64,000 nucleotides of DNA from Noviherbaspirillum sp. (GTDB lineage Bacteria; Pseudomonadota; Gammaproteobacteria; Burkholderiales; Burkholderiaceae_D). The DNA lies in the NCBI RefSeq assembly GCF_035627455.1, contig NZ_DASPLS010000072.1:32276-96275 (forward strand), read 5' to 3'. The notes beneath the pieces are model-generated. The model had not been told where the DNA came from and did not search any database. It worked only from the letters and a program-made list of their open reading frames with translations. Positions 11,913-20,364 of the stretch are shown here, in pieces (the stretch's first letter is position 1; every line of letters starts with the position of its first letter). A program made the position numbers and the translations under genes.

Positions 11913-12168
11913 TCGTTTGCGCGGCTGGAAAATGTCCGGATTGTTTACAGCTTGCGGCGCGCCGGCGCCTTCCGAAGCGCAGGCGGGCGAGCAGCCGCTG
12001 CTCTTGCGCGCGCCGAAGGCATTGTCCGGGCCGCCGCCAACGCCTTCGCGGTGCCGGACCGCAGCGGCGTGTTCAGGTTGCTGCTGCCTTGAGGTAAGCG
12101 TCGCGGCAGGGCGACGGCGGGGCCTGATGGTCGTATCATGGCGACATAAGCTGAAAAGGAGTGCTGGC

Positions 12169-13113
12169 ATGGTAACCCGTACTGTCCTCGTCATCGGCGG
12201 TTCCGGCTTCATCGGTTCCCACCTTGTCGCCAGGCTGGCGGATGCGGAGTACCGCATCGCCGTGCCTACCCGCAGCGCATCCCGCGCGGCGCATCTGAGG
12301 CTGCTTCCGAACGTCGAGCAGGTGGTGCAGGCGGATGTGCATGACGATGCGGTGCTGGACCGGCTGGTCCAGGGCCGCGATGCCGTCATCAACCTGGTCG
12401 GCATTCTCCACGGGAAACAGGGACAGCCCTACGGTCCCGATTTCGCACGCGCGCACGTGGCGCTGCCGCGGCGCATCGCCAATGCCTGCGCCCGGCACCG
12501 CGTGCCGCGCTTCCTGCACATGAGCGCGCTCGGCGCCGACCGCAATGGTCCCTCGATGTACCAGCGCTCCAAGGCGGATGGCGAAGCGGCGGCTTTTTCC
12601 AGACCGGAAGTCGGGGTGACCGTATTCCGGCCGTCAGTGGTGTTCGGCGACAACGACCGTTTCCTCAACCTGTTCGCATCCCTGCAAAGGGTGCTGCCCG
12701 TGATGCTGCTGGCCGGCGCCGACGCGAAATTCCAGCCGGTGTATGTGGAAGATGTCGCGCAGGCCTTCGTCACCGCGCTGCGCGACAGGCGCACGGTCGG
12801 CAAGGTGTACGAGCTGGCCGGGCCGCAGGTCTACACGCTGCGCGAACTGGTCGCGCTGGCCGGCAGCTATGCCGGCCACCGGCGCCCGGTGATCGGGCTG
12901 CCCGGCGCGCTCGCGCGCATGCAGGCCTTCGTGATGGAGCACTTGCCGGGCGAGACGTTGATGAGCCGTGACAACCTCGATTCGATGAAGGTGGACAATA
13001 TCCGGCAGGACGCATCGGCCGACGAACTCGGGATACGCTGGACCGCATTGGAAGCGGTCGCGCCAGGCTATCTGAGCGGGCGCACGCCCCGGCGGGGCCA
13101 GGCGGCGCAGTGA
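12169..13113 (+). CDS. NAD-dependent epimerase / complex I NDUFA9-like SDR
   Basis: GGSGFIG, AVINLVGIL, YQRSKADGE, FRPSVVFG, FQPVYVEDVA. Confidence 0.9.
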   Translation: MVTRTVLVIGGSGFIGSHLVARLADAEYRIAVPTRSASRAAHLRLLPNVEQVVQADVHDDAVLDRLVQGRDAVINLVGILHGKQGQPYGPDFARAHVALPRRIANACARHRVPRFLHMSALGADRNGPSMYQRSKADGEAAAFSRPEVGVTVFRPSVVFGDNDRFLNLFASLQRVLPVMLLAGADAKFQPVYVEDVAQAFVTALRDRRTVGKVYELAGPQVYTLRELVALAGSYAGHRRPVIGLPGALARMQAFVMEHLPGETLMSRDNLDSMKVDNIRQDASADELGIRWTALEAVAPGYLSGRTPRRGQAAQ

Positions 13114-13221
13114 ACGCTCCGGCCCCGCATGCCGGTTTGCAAACCGGCGCAAAAGCTTTATCCTCGAAGACCGCGCGGCGCTGCCGTGCGAAGGCCACTC
13201 AATCTTCACAGGACTGGAAGC

Positions 13222-13935
13222 ATGCAAAGCACCGAACTCGACCCGACCCTGGAGCAAACCCTCGACGCCGCCGGCCGCGCCGGTTACAAGCTCGTCATCG
13301 GCAACAAGAATTATTCATCCTGGTCGATGCGCCCCTGGGTGGCGATGAAAGCGTTCGGCATTCCGTTCGAGGAAGTGCGCATTGCTCTGGGCCGTCCCGA
13401 GACGTCGTCCCTGATCGCGCGGCATTCGTCGGCCGGGCGCGTGCCGGTGCTGGTCGCCGGCGAAACCAGGGTCTGGGATTCGCTGGCGATCTGCGAATAC
13501 CTGGCCGAGCAGTTCCCCGACAAGGGATTGTGGCCGCATGACGTGGTCGCCCGCGCGCACGCGCGCTCGATCTGCGCGGAGATGCATTCCGGCTTCACCG
13601 GCTTGCGCTCGGCGATGTGGATGAACATCCGCGCCAGTTTCCCCGGCAAGGGGCGCACACCGGAGTCGCAGGCAGACATCGCGCGCGTGTGCGAGATCTG
13701 GGAAGACTGCCTGTCGGGGCCGGGAACGCGTACCTTCCTGTTCGGTGATTTTTCGATCGCCGATGCCTATTACGCGCCGGTGGTGATGCGCTTCCGTACC
13801 TACGGCGTGTGGCTGCCGCCGGTGCTGCAGGCTTATGTGGACCGCGTGGTCGCGCATCCGGCGGTGGCGCAGTGGATCGACGAGGCGCTGAAGGAAACCG
13901 AGCGGCTGGAAAAGTACGACGTCTATCCGGACTGA
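13222..13935 (+). CDS. Glutathione S-transferase family protein
   Basis: IGNKNYSSWSMRPW, GRVPVL, WDSLAICEYL, ARSICAEMHSGF. Confidence 0.93.
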   Translation: MQSTELDPTLEQTLDAAGRAGYKLVIGNKNYSSWSMRPWVAMKAFGIPFEEVRIALGRPETSSLIARHSSAGRVPVLVAGETRVWDSLAICEYLAEQFPDKGLWPHDVVARAHARSICAEMHSGFTGLRSAMWMNIRASFPGKGRTPESQADIARVCEIWEDCLSGPGTRTFLFGDFSIADAYYAPVVMRFRTYGVWLPPVLQAYVDRVVAHPAVAQWIDEALKETERLEKYDVYPD

Positions 13936-13950
13936 AATGGCGGGAATGCG

Positions 13951-14628
13951 ATGAAGACCTATGTCGTCGGCGGCGCGGTGCGCGATGCGATGCTCGGCTT
14001 GCCGGTGCAGGACCGCGACCACGTGGTCGTCGGCGCCACGCCCGAGCAGATGGCGGCGCTCGGCTTTCGCGCCGTCGGCAAGGACTTCCCGGTATTCCTG
14101 CACCCCGACACCCAGGAGGAATACGCGCTCGCGCGCACCGAACGCAAGACCGCGCCCGGCTACAAGGGGTTCGTGTTCCATGCGGCGGCCGACGTGACGC
14201 TGGAGCAGGACCTGGTGCGGCGCGACCTCACCATCAATGCGATGGCCCAGGCCGAGGACGGCAGCATTGTCGATCCTTTCGGCGGCCAGAAGGATTTGCA
14301 GGCGCGGCTGTTCCGCCACGTGTCCGACGCCTTCATCGAAGACCCGGTGCGGATCCTGCGCGTGGCGCGCTTTGCGGCGCGCTTCACCGATTTCAGCGTT
14401 GCACCCGAGACCAATGCGCTCATGCGCCGCATGGTCGAAGACGGCGAGGTCGATGCGCTGGTGCCGGAGCGCGTGTGGCAGGAATTGTCGCGCGGGCTGA
14501 TGGAAGCGAAACCGTCGCGCATGTTCGGCGTGCTGCGCGACTGCGGCGCGCTCGCCCGCATCCTGCCGGAACTGGATGCGCTGTGGGGCGTCCCGCAACG
14601 GGACAAGCAGCATCCTTCTCAGGACTAG
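13951..14628 (+). pseudogene. cca: CCA-adding enzyme, 5' part, truncated at the island junction
   Basis: [50 protein letters not shown]. Ends [15 protein letters not shown] where the family continues into the HD domain (about 400 aa full length). Confidence 0.88.
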
Positions 14629-14902
14629 CAATCAACGATGTCTGCTTCCAGGAGCGTGGTCGAGGCGCAGGCAAGGCCGTGACGAGGGGCTGTCTTACTT
14701 GCGCGCCGCCATGAACTCGTACGATGGAAAGTATGCCGGAGTGCCGGCTTTCATGCTTCTTCCGTTGTGAAAGTGGTTAAAGAGACATCGAGCGGCAGGA
14801 GTGCGAGTGCGGGGTTTTGTTCGCACTCGCCACTAACCACGGTTAGTCTGCAAAAAGAGGCGAGGGGAGGGCGCCGGGATGGCAGCGCACCTCGGTTCGC
14901 CT

Positions 14903-15235
14903 TTAATTGACTACCTCTATCATCGTCACGGTGAGCTTGCCGCCCACCATCTCGGCGACGAAGTTCACCTTGTCGCTAACCGCCAGCCGTTCGAGTTGTG
15001 TGGGGTCCAAAACACTGAATGCCATTGTCATTGGCCCCATCCCGAGGTTCTTCAAGTCGCCATGCTTGATGGTGACTTTCTTTGCAGCCTTGTCGACCTT
15101 CCGCACAACACCCTCGGAGACTGGTCCGCTTGGCTTGGAACGGTGCGAGTCGTGGTTATGATGCTGGGCACCAGCCGGCAGTACAAAGGAAAGTCCAAAT
15201 GCAACCGCGGCCGCGAGACTGACGAGCGTTCTCAT
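14903..15235 (-). CDS. CusF-like periplasmic copper-binding protein
   Basis: Signal peptide; KVTIKHGDLKNLGMGPMTMAF (H..M.M) motif. Confidence 0.88.
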   Translation of the reverse strand: MRTLVSLAAAVAFGLSFVLPAGAQHHNHDSHRSKPSGPVSEGVVRKVDKAAKKVTIKHGDLKNLGMGPMTMAFSVLDPTQLERLAVSDKVNFVAEMVGGKLTVTMIEVVN

Positions 15236-15249
15236 CTAGATTCCCCTCT

Positions 15250-15693
15250 TTAGTCGTGATGGCTGAAGACACGGGTCCGGCGGTTTCCGTCAACCAGCAA
15301 GACGTCGTACGAGTCTTTTCGGGATCCTTCCATGCCTGGAGAGCCCATTGGCATGCCAGGAGCGGCAAGGCCCTTTGCGTTGGGCCTTTCTGCAAGGAGG
15401 CGCTTGATATCGGCTGCGGGAACGTGCCCTTCAATGGCATAACCCGCGACCACACCGGTGTGGCACGACCCCAAATCATTGGGGATGCCGTGCTTTTCAC
15501 GATAGTCAGAAGGATTCGCGACATTATGGGTTCTCACGGTGAAGCCGTTACTTTCCAGATGCTTAACCCAATCGCCGCAGCAACCGCAGTACGCGCTCTT
15601 GTAGACGTCGATAACAGGTGCGGCGGCACTTGCAAGTACCGGGGCGGTGAGTAGCGCAGCCATTGCGGCTTTCAGTAGAAGTTGCGATTTCAT
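15250..15693 (-). CDS. DUF411 (CopG-like) periplasmic metal-binding protein
   Basis: YKSAYCGCCGDW, SCHT, EGHVPA, PGMPMGSPGME. Confidence 0.92.
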   Translation of the reverse strand: MKSQLLLKAAMAALLTAPVLASAAAPVIDVYKSAYCGCCGDWVKHLESNGFTVRTHNVANPSDYREKHGIPNDLGSCHTGVVAGYAIEGHVPAADIKRLLAERPNAKGLAAPGMPMGSPGMEGSRKDSYDVLLVDGNRRTRVFSHHD

Positions 15694-15696
15694 GAT

Positions 15697-16212
15697 TTAA
15701 CCTTTCAACACTTTGATTTTTCCAAACATCCCGGCTTCAAAATGCCCGGGAATAAGGCATGCGAAGTAGAAATCGCCCGCCTTCGTGAACTGCCAGACAA
15801 TGTCACCCTTTTGACCTGGCTCTACATGCGCGGATGACGGGTCATCGTGTCGAAGTTGACGCTGCTGGGACATTGCCTTGCCGTGAGCCTTTAACTCGTC
15901 CATCGTGCCGAGCACCATTTCATGCAAAAGCTTTCCCTTGTTCGTCACAACGAAGCGGATGGTTTCTCCTTGCTTCACGCTTACGGCGGCCGGACCAAAG
16001 CGCATGTCATCAGTCATCTCGACAGGAAGCGTGCGGCTAACTTTCCTCGCATTTCCCGGCTTGCCGAACATGTCGGCTTCCGGGGCATGCGCAGCGTTAT
16101 GAGACGTGCCTTGGCCGTGAGACCCGGCGACGGCAAGGGCATTGGTCGAGGCAAAGCTGAAAGCGATTACGACAGGCGAAATCACAGCGGCAACGGTATT
16201 CGTTTGAGTCAT
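15697..16212 (-). CDS. Cupredoxin/plastocyanin-like periplasmic protein
   Basis: MTDDMRF, HEMVLG, FACLIPGHFEAGM type-1 Cu ligands. Confidence 0.9.
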   Translation of the reverse strand: MTQTNTVAAVISPVVIAFSFASTNALAVAGSHGQGTSHNAAHAPEADMFGKPGNARKVSRTLPVEMTDDMRFGPAAVSVKQGETIRFVVTNKGKLLHEMVLGTMDELKAHGKAMSQQRQLRHDDPSSAHVEPGQKGDIVWQFTKAGDFYFACLIPGHFEAGMFGKIKVLKG

Positions 16213-16394
16213 CAGAAGTCCTTCCTGGTCATATTGGTACTCGGGCGCGATTCGCTGCGAATGCAGTCGCCACCCGGGGTATGGAACCACCGGCAGACCA
16301 TGCGCTGGCTATAGCGGGAATGTCGGTGACGGGTGAAGCTGGGGCGTCGAGCTAGGTTGCCGGGATGCGCGAACGCATCCCGCACAAGCTGGCT

Positions 16395-16808
16395 TTAACC
16401 GTGGAAGTACCGAGGAGGCCGTTCCAAGCCGGCCGGGATATGGCCGGTAAACGCGATCGGAGGGCGAGAGGTCACTGCCTCAGAGCCGGCGAAACGCTCT
16501 GCCCGGAGAAGACTTGACGGCGGCGCAACAGCGCCGATAAAACATGCCGAAGTACCGCAGCCAGTGCCCTTCAGGTGGCTTTGTCCATCGGCCTGCCCTT
16601 TATTGCTGCAGTGGTCACTGCCGCTTGCCGATAATTCATCATGGGCTTGAAGATGATGGGAACGGTCCTGATGATGTTTCATCTCGGCAGTCATTTCTGA
16701 CGGCGAGTGAGGACCGGTCGCACAAAACATGTCGCCAGCCGCCATCCCTCTCAATGGGAGAGAAGCAATGACGAGCAGAATCAACAGTGTTTTGAATATG
16801 CGGTTCAT
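16395..16808 (-). CDS. CopL/CzcI-like secreted His/Cys-rich protein, first ORF of the cop operon
   Basis: Signal peptide LLVIASLPLRGMAA, His-rich middle, CGTSAC, C-terminal ERPPR. Confidence 0.7.
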   Translation of the reverse strand: MNRIFKTLLILLVIASLPLRGMAAGDMFCATGPHSPSEMTAEMKHHQDRSHHLQAHDELSASGSDHCSNKGQADGQSHLKGTGCGTSACFIGAVAPPSSLLRAERFAGSEAVTSRPPIAFTGHIPAGLERPPRYFHG

Positions 16809-16855
16809 TACCGGGCAAGTGGCTGCAACGAAAGCGTCGGTCAGCTTTTCCGAAA

Positions 16856-16886
16856 AGAATAAACCTTGCTACGGGGGGAAGGTCAA
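16856..16886 (-). promoter_or_regulatory. CueR/MerR-type sigma70 promoter with 19-bp spacer
   Basis: Minus strand reads TTGACC-TTCCCCCCGTAGCAAGGTT-TATTCT; dyad ACCTT..AAGGT as in the E. coli copA CueR box. Confidence 0.85.
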
Positions 16887-16977
16887 GAAGAATCCGGGCG
16901 CTCCTTGACTTGTCCCCCAAAGCTGGCGTGCTGGCCCTTCTCGGTGTAACCTATTGGAAGTTTCTCGTTCGATTTAT

Positions 16978-17334
16978 ATGCGACGTTTTTTTTGCATTTT
17001 GATGATGTTGCTGCTGCCGCTGCATAGTTTTGCTATGCAGGGCGGCTGGTATTCGTCCGCAAGTGCATTTGACATCAGCCATGAGGTGGACCACCTGACA
17101 GGTGCCGCGCATCACCATGATGACCACCATGGTTCGGTTCATTACGATAATTCGAGCGACTCCAGCAGTCATTTCGCCGAACACTCTGCAGGTCATTCGT
17201 GCGCGGCGCTGCCGAGCACGGTTTGCCCGCCCCTGGCCATTGCGTTGTCCAGCGCAGCTGTTCCCGAAGCCCGTCAGTTCATCCCGGATCCCATTCCCGA
17301 GCGCTTGCAGCGCCCCCCAAAATCCCTCGGTTAA
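16978..17334 (+). CDS. CzcI-like secreted His-rich protein, first ORF of the RND operon
   Basis: Signal peptide, HEVDH..HHHDDHH, C-terminal PDPIPERLQRPPK. Confidence 0.75.
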   Translation: MRRFFCILMMLLLPLHSFAMQGGWYSSASAFDISHEVDHLTGAAHHHDDHHGSVHYDNSSDSSSHFAEHSAGHSCAALPSTVCPPLAIALSSAAVPEARQFIPDPIPERLQRPPKSLG

Positions 17335-17393
17335 TTCACCGAGGGCATTCCGCACTTTCCGAGTTTTACCCGTTGAGCGTCGCTGGGCGTTTT

Positions 17394-17426
17394 CGCGCTT
17401 AGTACGCGCTTAGTACGCGCTTAGTC
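17394..17426 (+). repeat. Three tandem copies of 11-bp CGCGCTTAGT(A/C)
   Basis: Read directly; 45 bp upstream of the TolC-family start. Confidence 0.9.
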
Positions 17427-17470
17427 CGTTTGCCTTCGGCCAGTTTTTCTGGATCCCGAATGGAGAACAT

Positions 17471-18694
17471 ATGCGTAAAGAATTAACAAAGCATCATCTG
17501 TGCTTTGCGCTAGCACTTGCACTGGGCGCAGCGTCGGCGCCGGCGCTGGCGCAGAGCCGACCGGCTGACCTGAAGGCGGTACTGGAAGCTGCATGGCAAC
17601 GGTCACCGCAAGCCAGGACACTGGAAGCGCGACGGGACGAAGCAGCGGCGGGCAGAGAAGCCGCGCAGTCCTGGATAGCGGGTTCGCCTGCAGTTGGCCT
17701 TTCCCAAAGAACCGACCGTTGGACGAAGCGCGAAGGGGTGCGCGAAACGGAGGTTTCCCTTTCAACACCTATTTGGCTGCCCTCTCAAAAGGCTGTCCGC
17801 CGCGCCCAGGCCGACATAGGCACCGAAGACCTGGAGGCGCAGATAGCCAATGCACGACTTTCGCTGGCAGGCGAAGTACGGGAGCGGCTTTGGGCAGTAG
17901 CGGCTGCCAGGGAAACATTGGACGAGGCGAAATCCCACCAAGAACATTTGGAAGCAATGACTGAGGAGGTCATGCGACGTGTTAATGCAGGCGACCTGGC
18001 AAGAACAGACGGAATGCTCGCGCAGCAAGAAGCGCTTGCCGGGAAGGCTGCCGTCGTTGAAGCCCAAGTGAAGCTGCAGGAAGCCTTGACGCACTACACG
18101 ACGTTGACCGGCCTGAGCGACGTTCCGCAGCTCGAGCCAGAACGAATCGGCGCCGAAATGCGAGACCCGCATCCAAGGCTGCTCGCGGCGAAAACAGCTG
18201 TCCGGCACGCGCAGGCGTCAATGAACGTGGTGAGCAAGTCACGCAGCGAGCCACCGACGGTTGGCGTGGCAATGCGAAGGGAACGGGACGGAGCTGCAGT
18301 CGATGCCGCTTCAAGCATTACGTTTGCAGTAGAGATTCCGATTGGGACGAATGCCCGAAACCGGCCTTTGGAAGCCGCTGCTCGAACCCTGATCGCAACA
18401 GCGTCGGCGGAATATGCCCAGGTAGAAGCATCACTGCGGGATGAAGTCGACCTTGCGCGCCGAAAAGTGCTGGCATCGCAACAGACACTGGAAACCGCGT
18501 CCTCGCGCGCCGCATTGGCCCGTGAACATGCGCGCCTGATAGAAAAAGCGTTCAGGGTCGGCGAGCGAGGACTTGCAGAGATGCTCCGTGCCCGGACCGC
18601 CGTGCACGAAGCCGAAGTTGCGGAGCGCCAGCAGCGCGTGGCCGTTGGTCTTGCACACGCTCGCCTGAATCAGGCATTAGGAATCTCACCATGA
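17471..18694 (+). CDS. TolC/CzcC-family outer-membrane efflux protein
   Basis: Signal peptide, repeated OEP helical pattern, position in an RND operon. Confidence 0.88.
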   Translation: MRKELTKHHLCFALALALGAASAPALAQSRPADLKAVLEAAWQRSPQARTLEARRDEAAAGREAAQSWIAGSPAVGLSQRTDRWTKREGVRETEVSLSTPIWLPSQKAVRRAQADIGTEDLEAQIANARLSLAGEVRERLWAVAAARETLDEAKSHQEHLEAMTEEVMRRVNAGDLARTDGMLAQQEALAGKAAVVEAQVKLQEALTHYTTLTGLSDVPQLEPERIGAEMRDPHPRLLAAKTAVRHAQASMNVVSKSRSEPPTVGVAMRRERDGAAVDAASSITFAVEIPIGTNARNRPLEAAARTLIATASAEYAQVEASLRDEVDLARRKVLASQQTLETASSRAALAREHARLIEKAFRVGERGLAEMLRARTAVHEAEVAERQQRVAVGLAHARLNQALGISP

Positions 18695-19233
18695 AAATCC
18701 TGAACATCATCTGGCTCTTCTTTGCCCTGACTTCTACTGCATATGCCCATGGTGACGAGGACCACTCCAAGGACGGCACGCCGGCCGCCCAAGCACAAAG
18801 TGCGGGACAGCCGCGTGTCGAAACGTTTACCGAGGCCTTTGAACTGGTGGGCCAACTGCAGGGAAAAGAGCTATCTGTCTTTATTGATAAATACGAGACG
18901 AACGAGCCCGTCTTGAACGGCAAGCTCGAAGTCGAGTTGAACGGCCTGAAGTCGGTGGGAAAGTATCGGCCGGAGCGTGGTGACTATGTCATTGCCGACG
19001 AGGGATTCATCAAAGCGCTGGCTGCGCCAGGCAAGCATGCACTTGTCTTCACACTGTCGGCGGCGGAGGAAACTGACCTTCTGGAGGGCACACTTGAAGT
19101 CCAACCGGCCGTCGAGCATGAAACAAACACACAGTTTCCGTTGGCATGGGCAGGCGCAGGACTGCTTGCTGCGCTTGCTTTGATAGCCCTGGCCGCAAAG
19201 CGCCGCCGTTCCACACATCCGACGGGGAAATAA
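18691..19233 (+). CDS. Hypothetical periplasmic protein with N-terminal HGDEDH and C-terminal TM anchor
   Basis: ATGA overlap with upstream gene, signal peptide, hydrophobic C-terminus plus KRRR. Confidence 0.7.
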   Translation: MKILNIIWLFFALTSTAYAHGDEDHSKDGTPAAQAQSAGQPRVETFTEAFELVGQLQGKELSVFIDKYETNEPVLNGKLEVELNGLKSVGKYRPERGDYVIADEGFIKALAAPGKHALVFTLSAAEETDLLEGTLEVQPAVEHETNTQFPLAWAGAGLLAALALIALAAKRRRSTHPTGK

Positions 19234-19235
19234 AC

Positions 19236-20354
19236 ATGCTTGACAAGATTTCATATTCAATCATTGGTTTGATCGTTTCCGCACTCTCGTCGGCAGCAAT
19301 CGCGGGGCCAGGGGCCCACGGGCCGAATGGCGAGCATTTGGACGGCCCGGCGGCATCAAGCGTAACCGGATTGGCGCGTTTGCCGGACGGGAGCGTGAAT
19401 GTGCCCAAACTCGCACAACGGAGAATGGCAATTCGCACCGTCATGGCGGGCGAAGCCGAGCATCCGCGCACCGTCGAACTGAACGGCCGCATCAGCATCG
19501 ACCCCAATGCCGGTGGCCGGGTGCAAGCACCGTTTGCCGGCCGGGTTGAGGCCGGACCAAAGGGGCTGCCGGTAGCTGGCGAGCGCGTGGAGAAAGGTCA
19601 GGTTCTCGTACATGTTCGACCAGTGGCGGGCGCCATCGAGCGCAGCAATCAGCAGGCCCAGCTCGTCGAACTTCGGTCCAACCGTCAGTTGGCTGAGCAA
19701 CGAGTAAGGCGGCTCGAGTCGCTTGAAGGTACCGTTCCCCAAAAGGAAATCGAGGCGGCAAAAGCCGAGCTGACAAGCCTGACGGGGCGGGAAAAGGCAG
19801 TTGCAAGCAGTATTGGGGGCAACGAGGCTATCACGTCGCCCGCCTCTGGAGTCATTGCTGCCGCAAACGTCCTCGCAGGCCAGATTGTCGAGGCACGCGA
19901 TGTCCTTTTTGAAATCGTCGACCCCAGCCGGATGATGGTTGAGGCACTCACGACGGACCCGGCACTCGCTGGACGTATCGATAGTGCCACGCTTGCCGGT
20001 ATCCCTGGCGTCGGCCTCAGCTTGTTAGGCGGAGGTCGAAGCCTTCGCGAGGGAGCATTACCTCTTAACTTTCGTGCTTCCGTTAAAGATGCGGCGCTGG
20101 CCGTTGGCCAGCCGGTGACAGTTGTGGCGAAACTGACCGAGAAGGTGAAGGGAATTGCGTTGCCTGCCGAGTCCGTTGTTCGCAATCCTTCAAACGAACC
20201 GGTTGTATGGATTAAGGCGGGCGCAGAGCGCTTCGTCGCCCAGCCCGTGGAAATGCGCCCGCTTGATGCAAAGACCGTTGTTGTGGTGAAGGGGCTGTCC
20301 GCCGAGAACCGTGTTGTGAGCTCTGGCGCGGCACTAATCAACCAGATCAGGTGA
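19236..20354 (+). CDS. RND periplasmic adaptor (CzcB/CusB-like MFP)
   Basis: [36 protein letters not shown]. Confidence 0.88.
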   Translation: MLDKISYSIIGLIVSALSSAAIAGPGAHGPNGEHLDGPAASSVTGLARLPDGSVNVPKLAQRRMAIRTVMAGEAEHPRTVELNGRISIDPNAGGRVQAPFAGRVEAGPKGLPVAGERVEKGQVLVHVRPVAGAIERSNQQAQLVELRSNRQLAEQRVRRLESLEGTVPQKEIEAAKAELTSLTGREKAVASSIGGNEAITSPASGVIAAANVLAGQIVEARDVLFEIVDPSRMMVEALTTDPALAGRIDSATLAGIPGVGLSLLGGGRSLREGALPLNFRASVKDAALAVGQPVTVVAKLTEKVKGIALPAESVVRNPSNEPVVWIKAGAERFVAQPVEMRPLDAKTVVVVKGLSAENRVVSSGAALINQIR

Positions 20355-20364
20355 GGTCGAACAA

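Noticed and set aside
11904-12139. Small ORFs in the slt-NDUFA9 intergenic region
   Set aside because: Low-complexity Ala/Arg translations, no RBS, no recognisable family.
13131-13148. Perfect 18-bp palindrome GCCGGTTTGCAAACCGGC before the GST gene
   Set aside because: Real but single, with no U-tract and no regulator assignable.
14600-14660. att-like direct repeat shared with the right island junction
   Set aside because: No convincing repeat found by eye at 14610-14660 vs 25170-25270.
14696-14755. 19-aa minus-strand ORF MKAGTPAYFPSYEFMAARK at the island left end
   Set aside because: Too short, weak RBS; similarity to a YFPSYE motif may be chance.
17394-17426. Possible CRISPR array
   Set aside because: Contiguous 11-bp units without spacers; no cas genes in the window.
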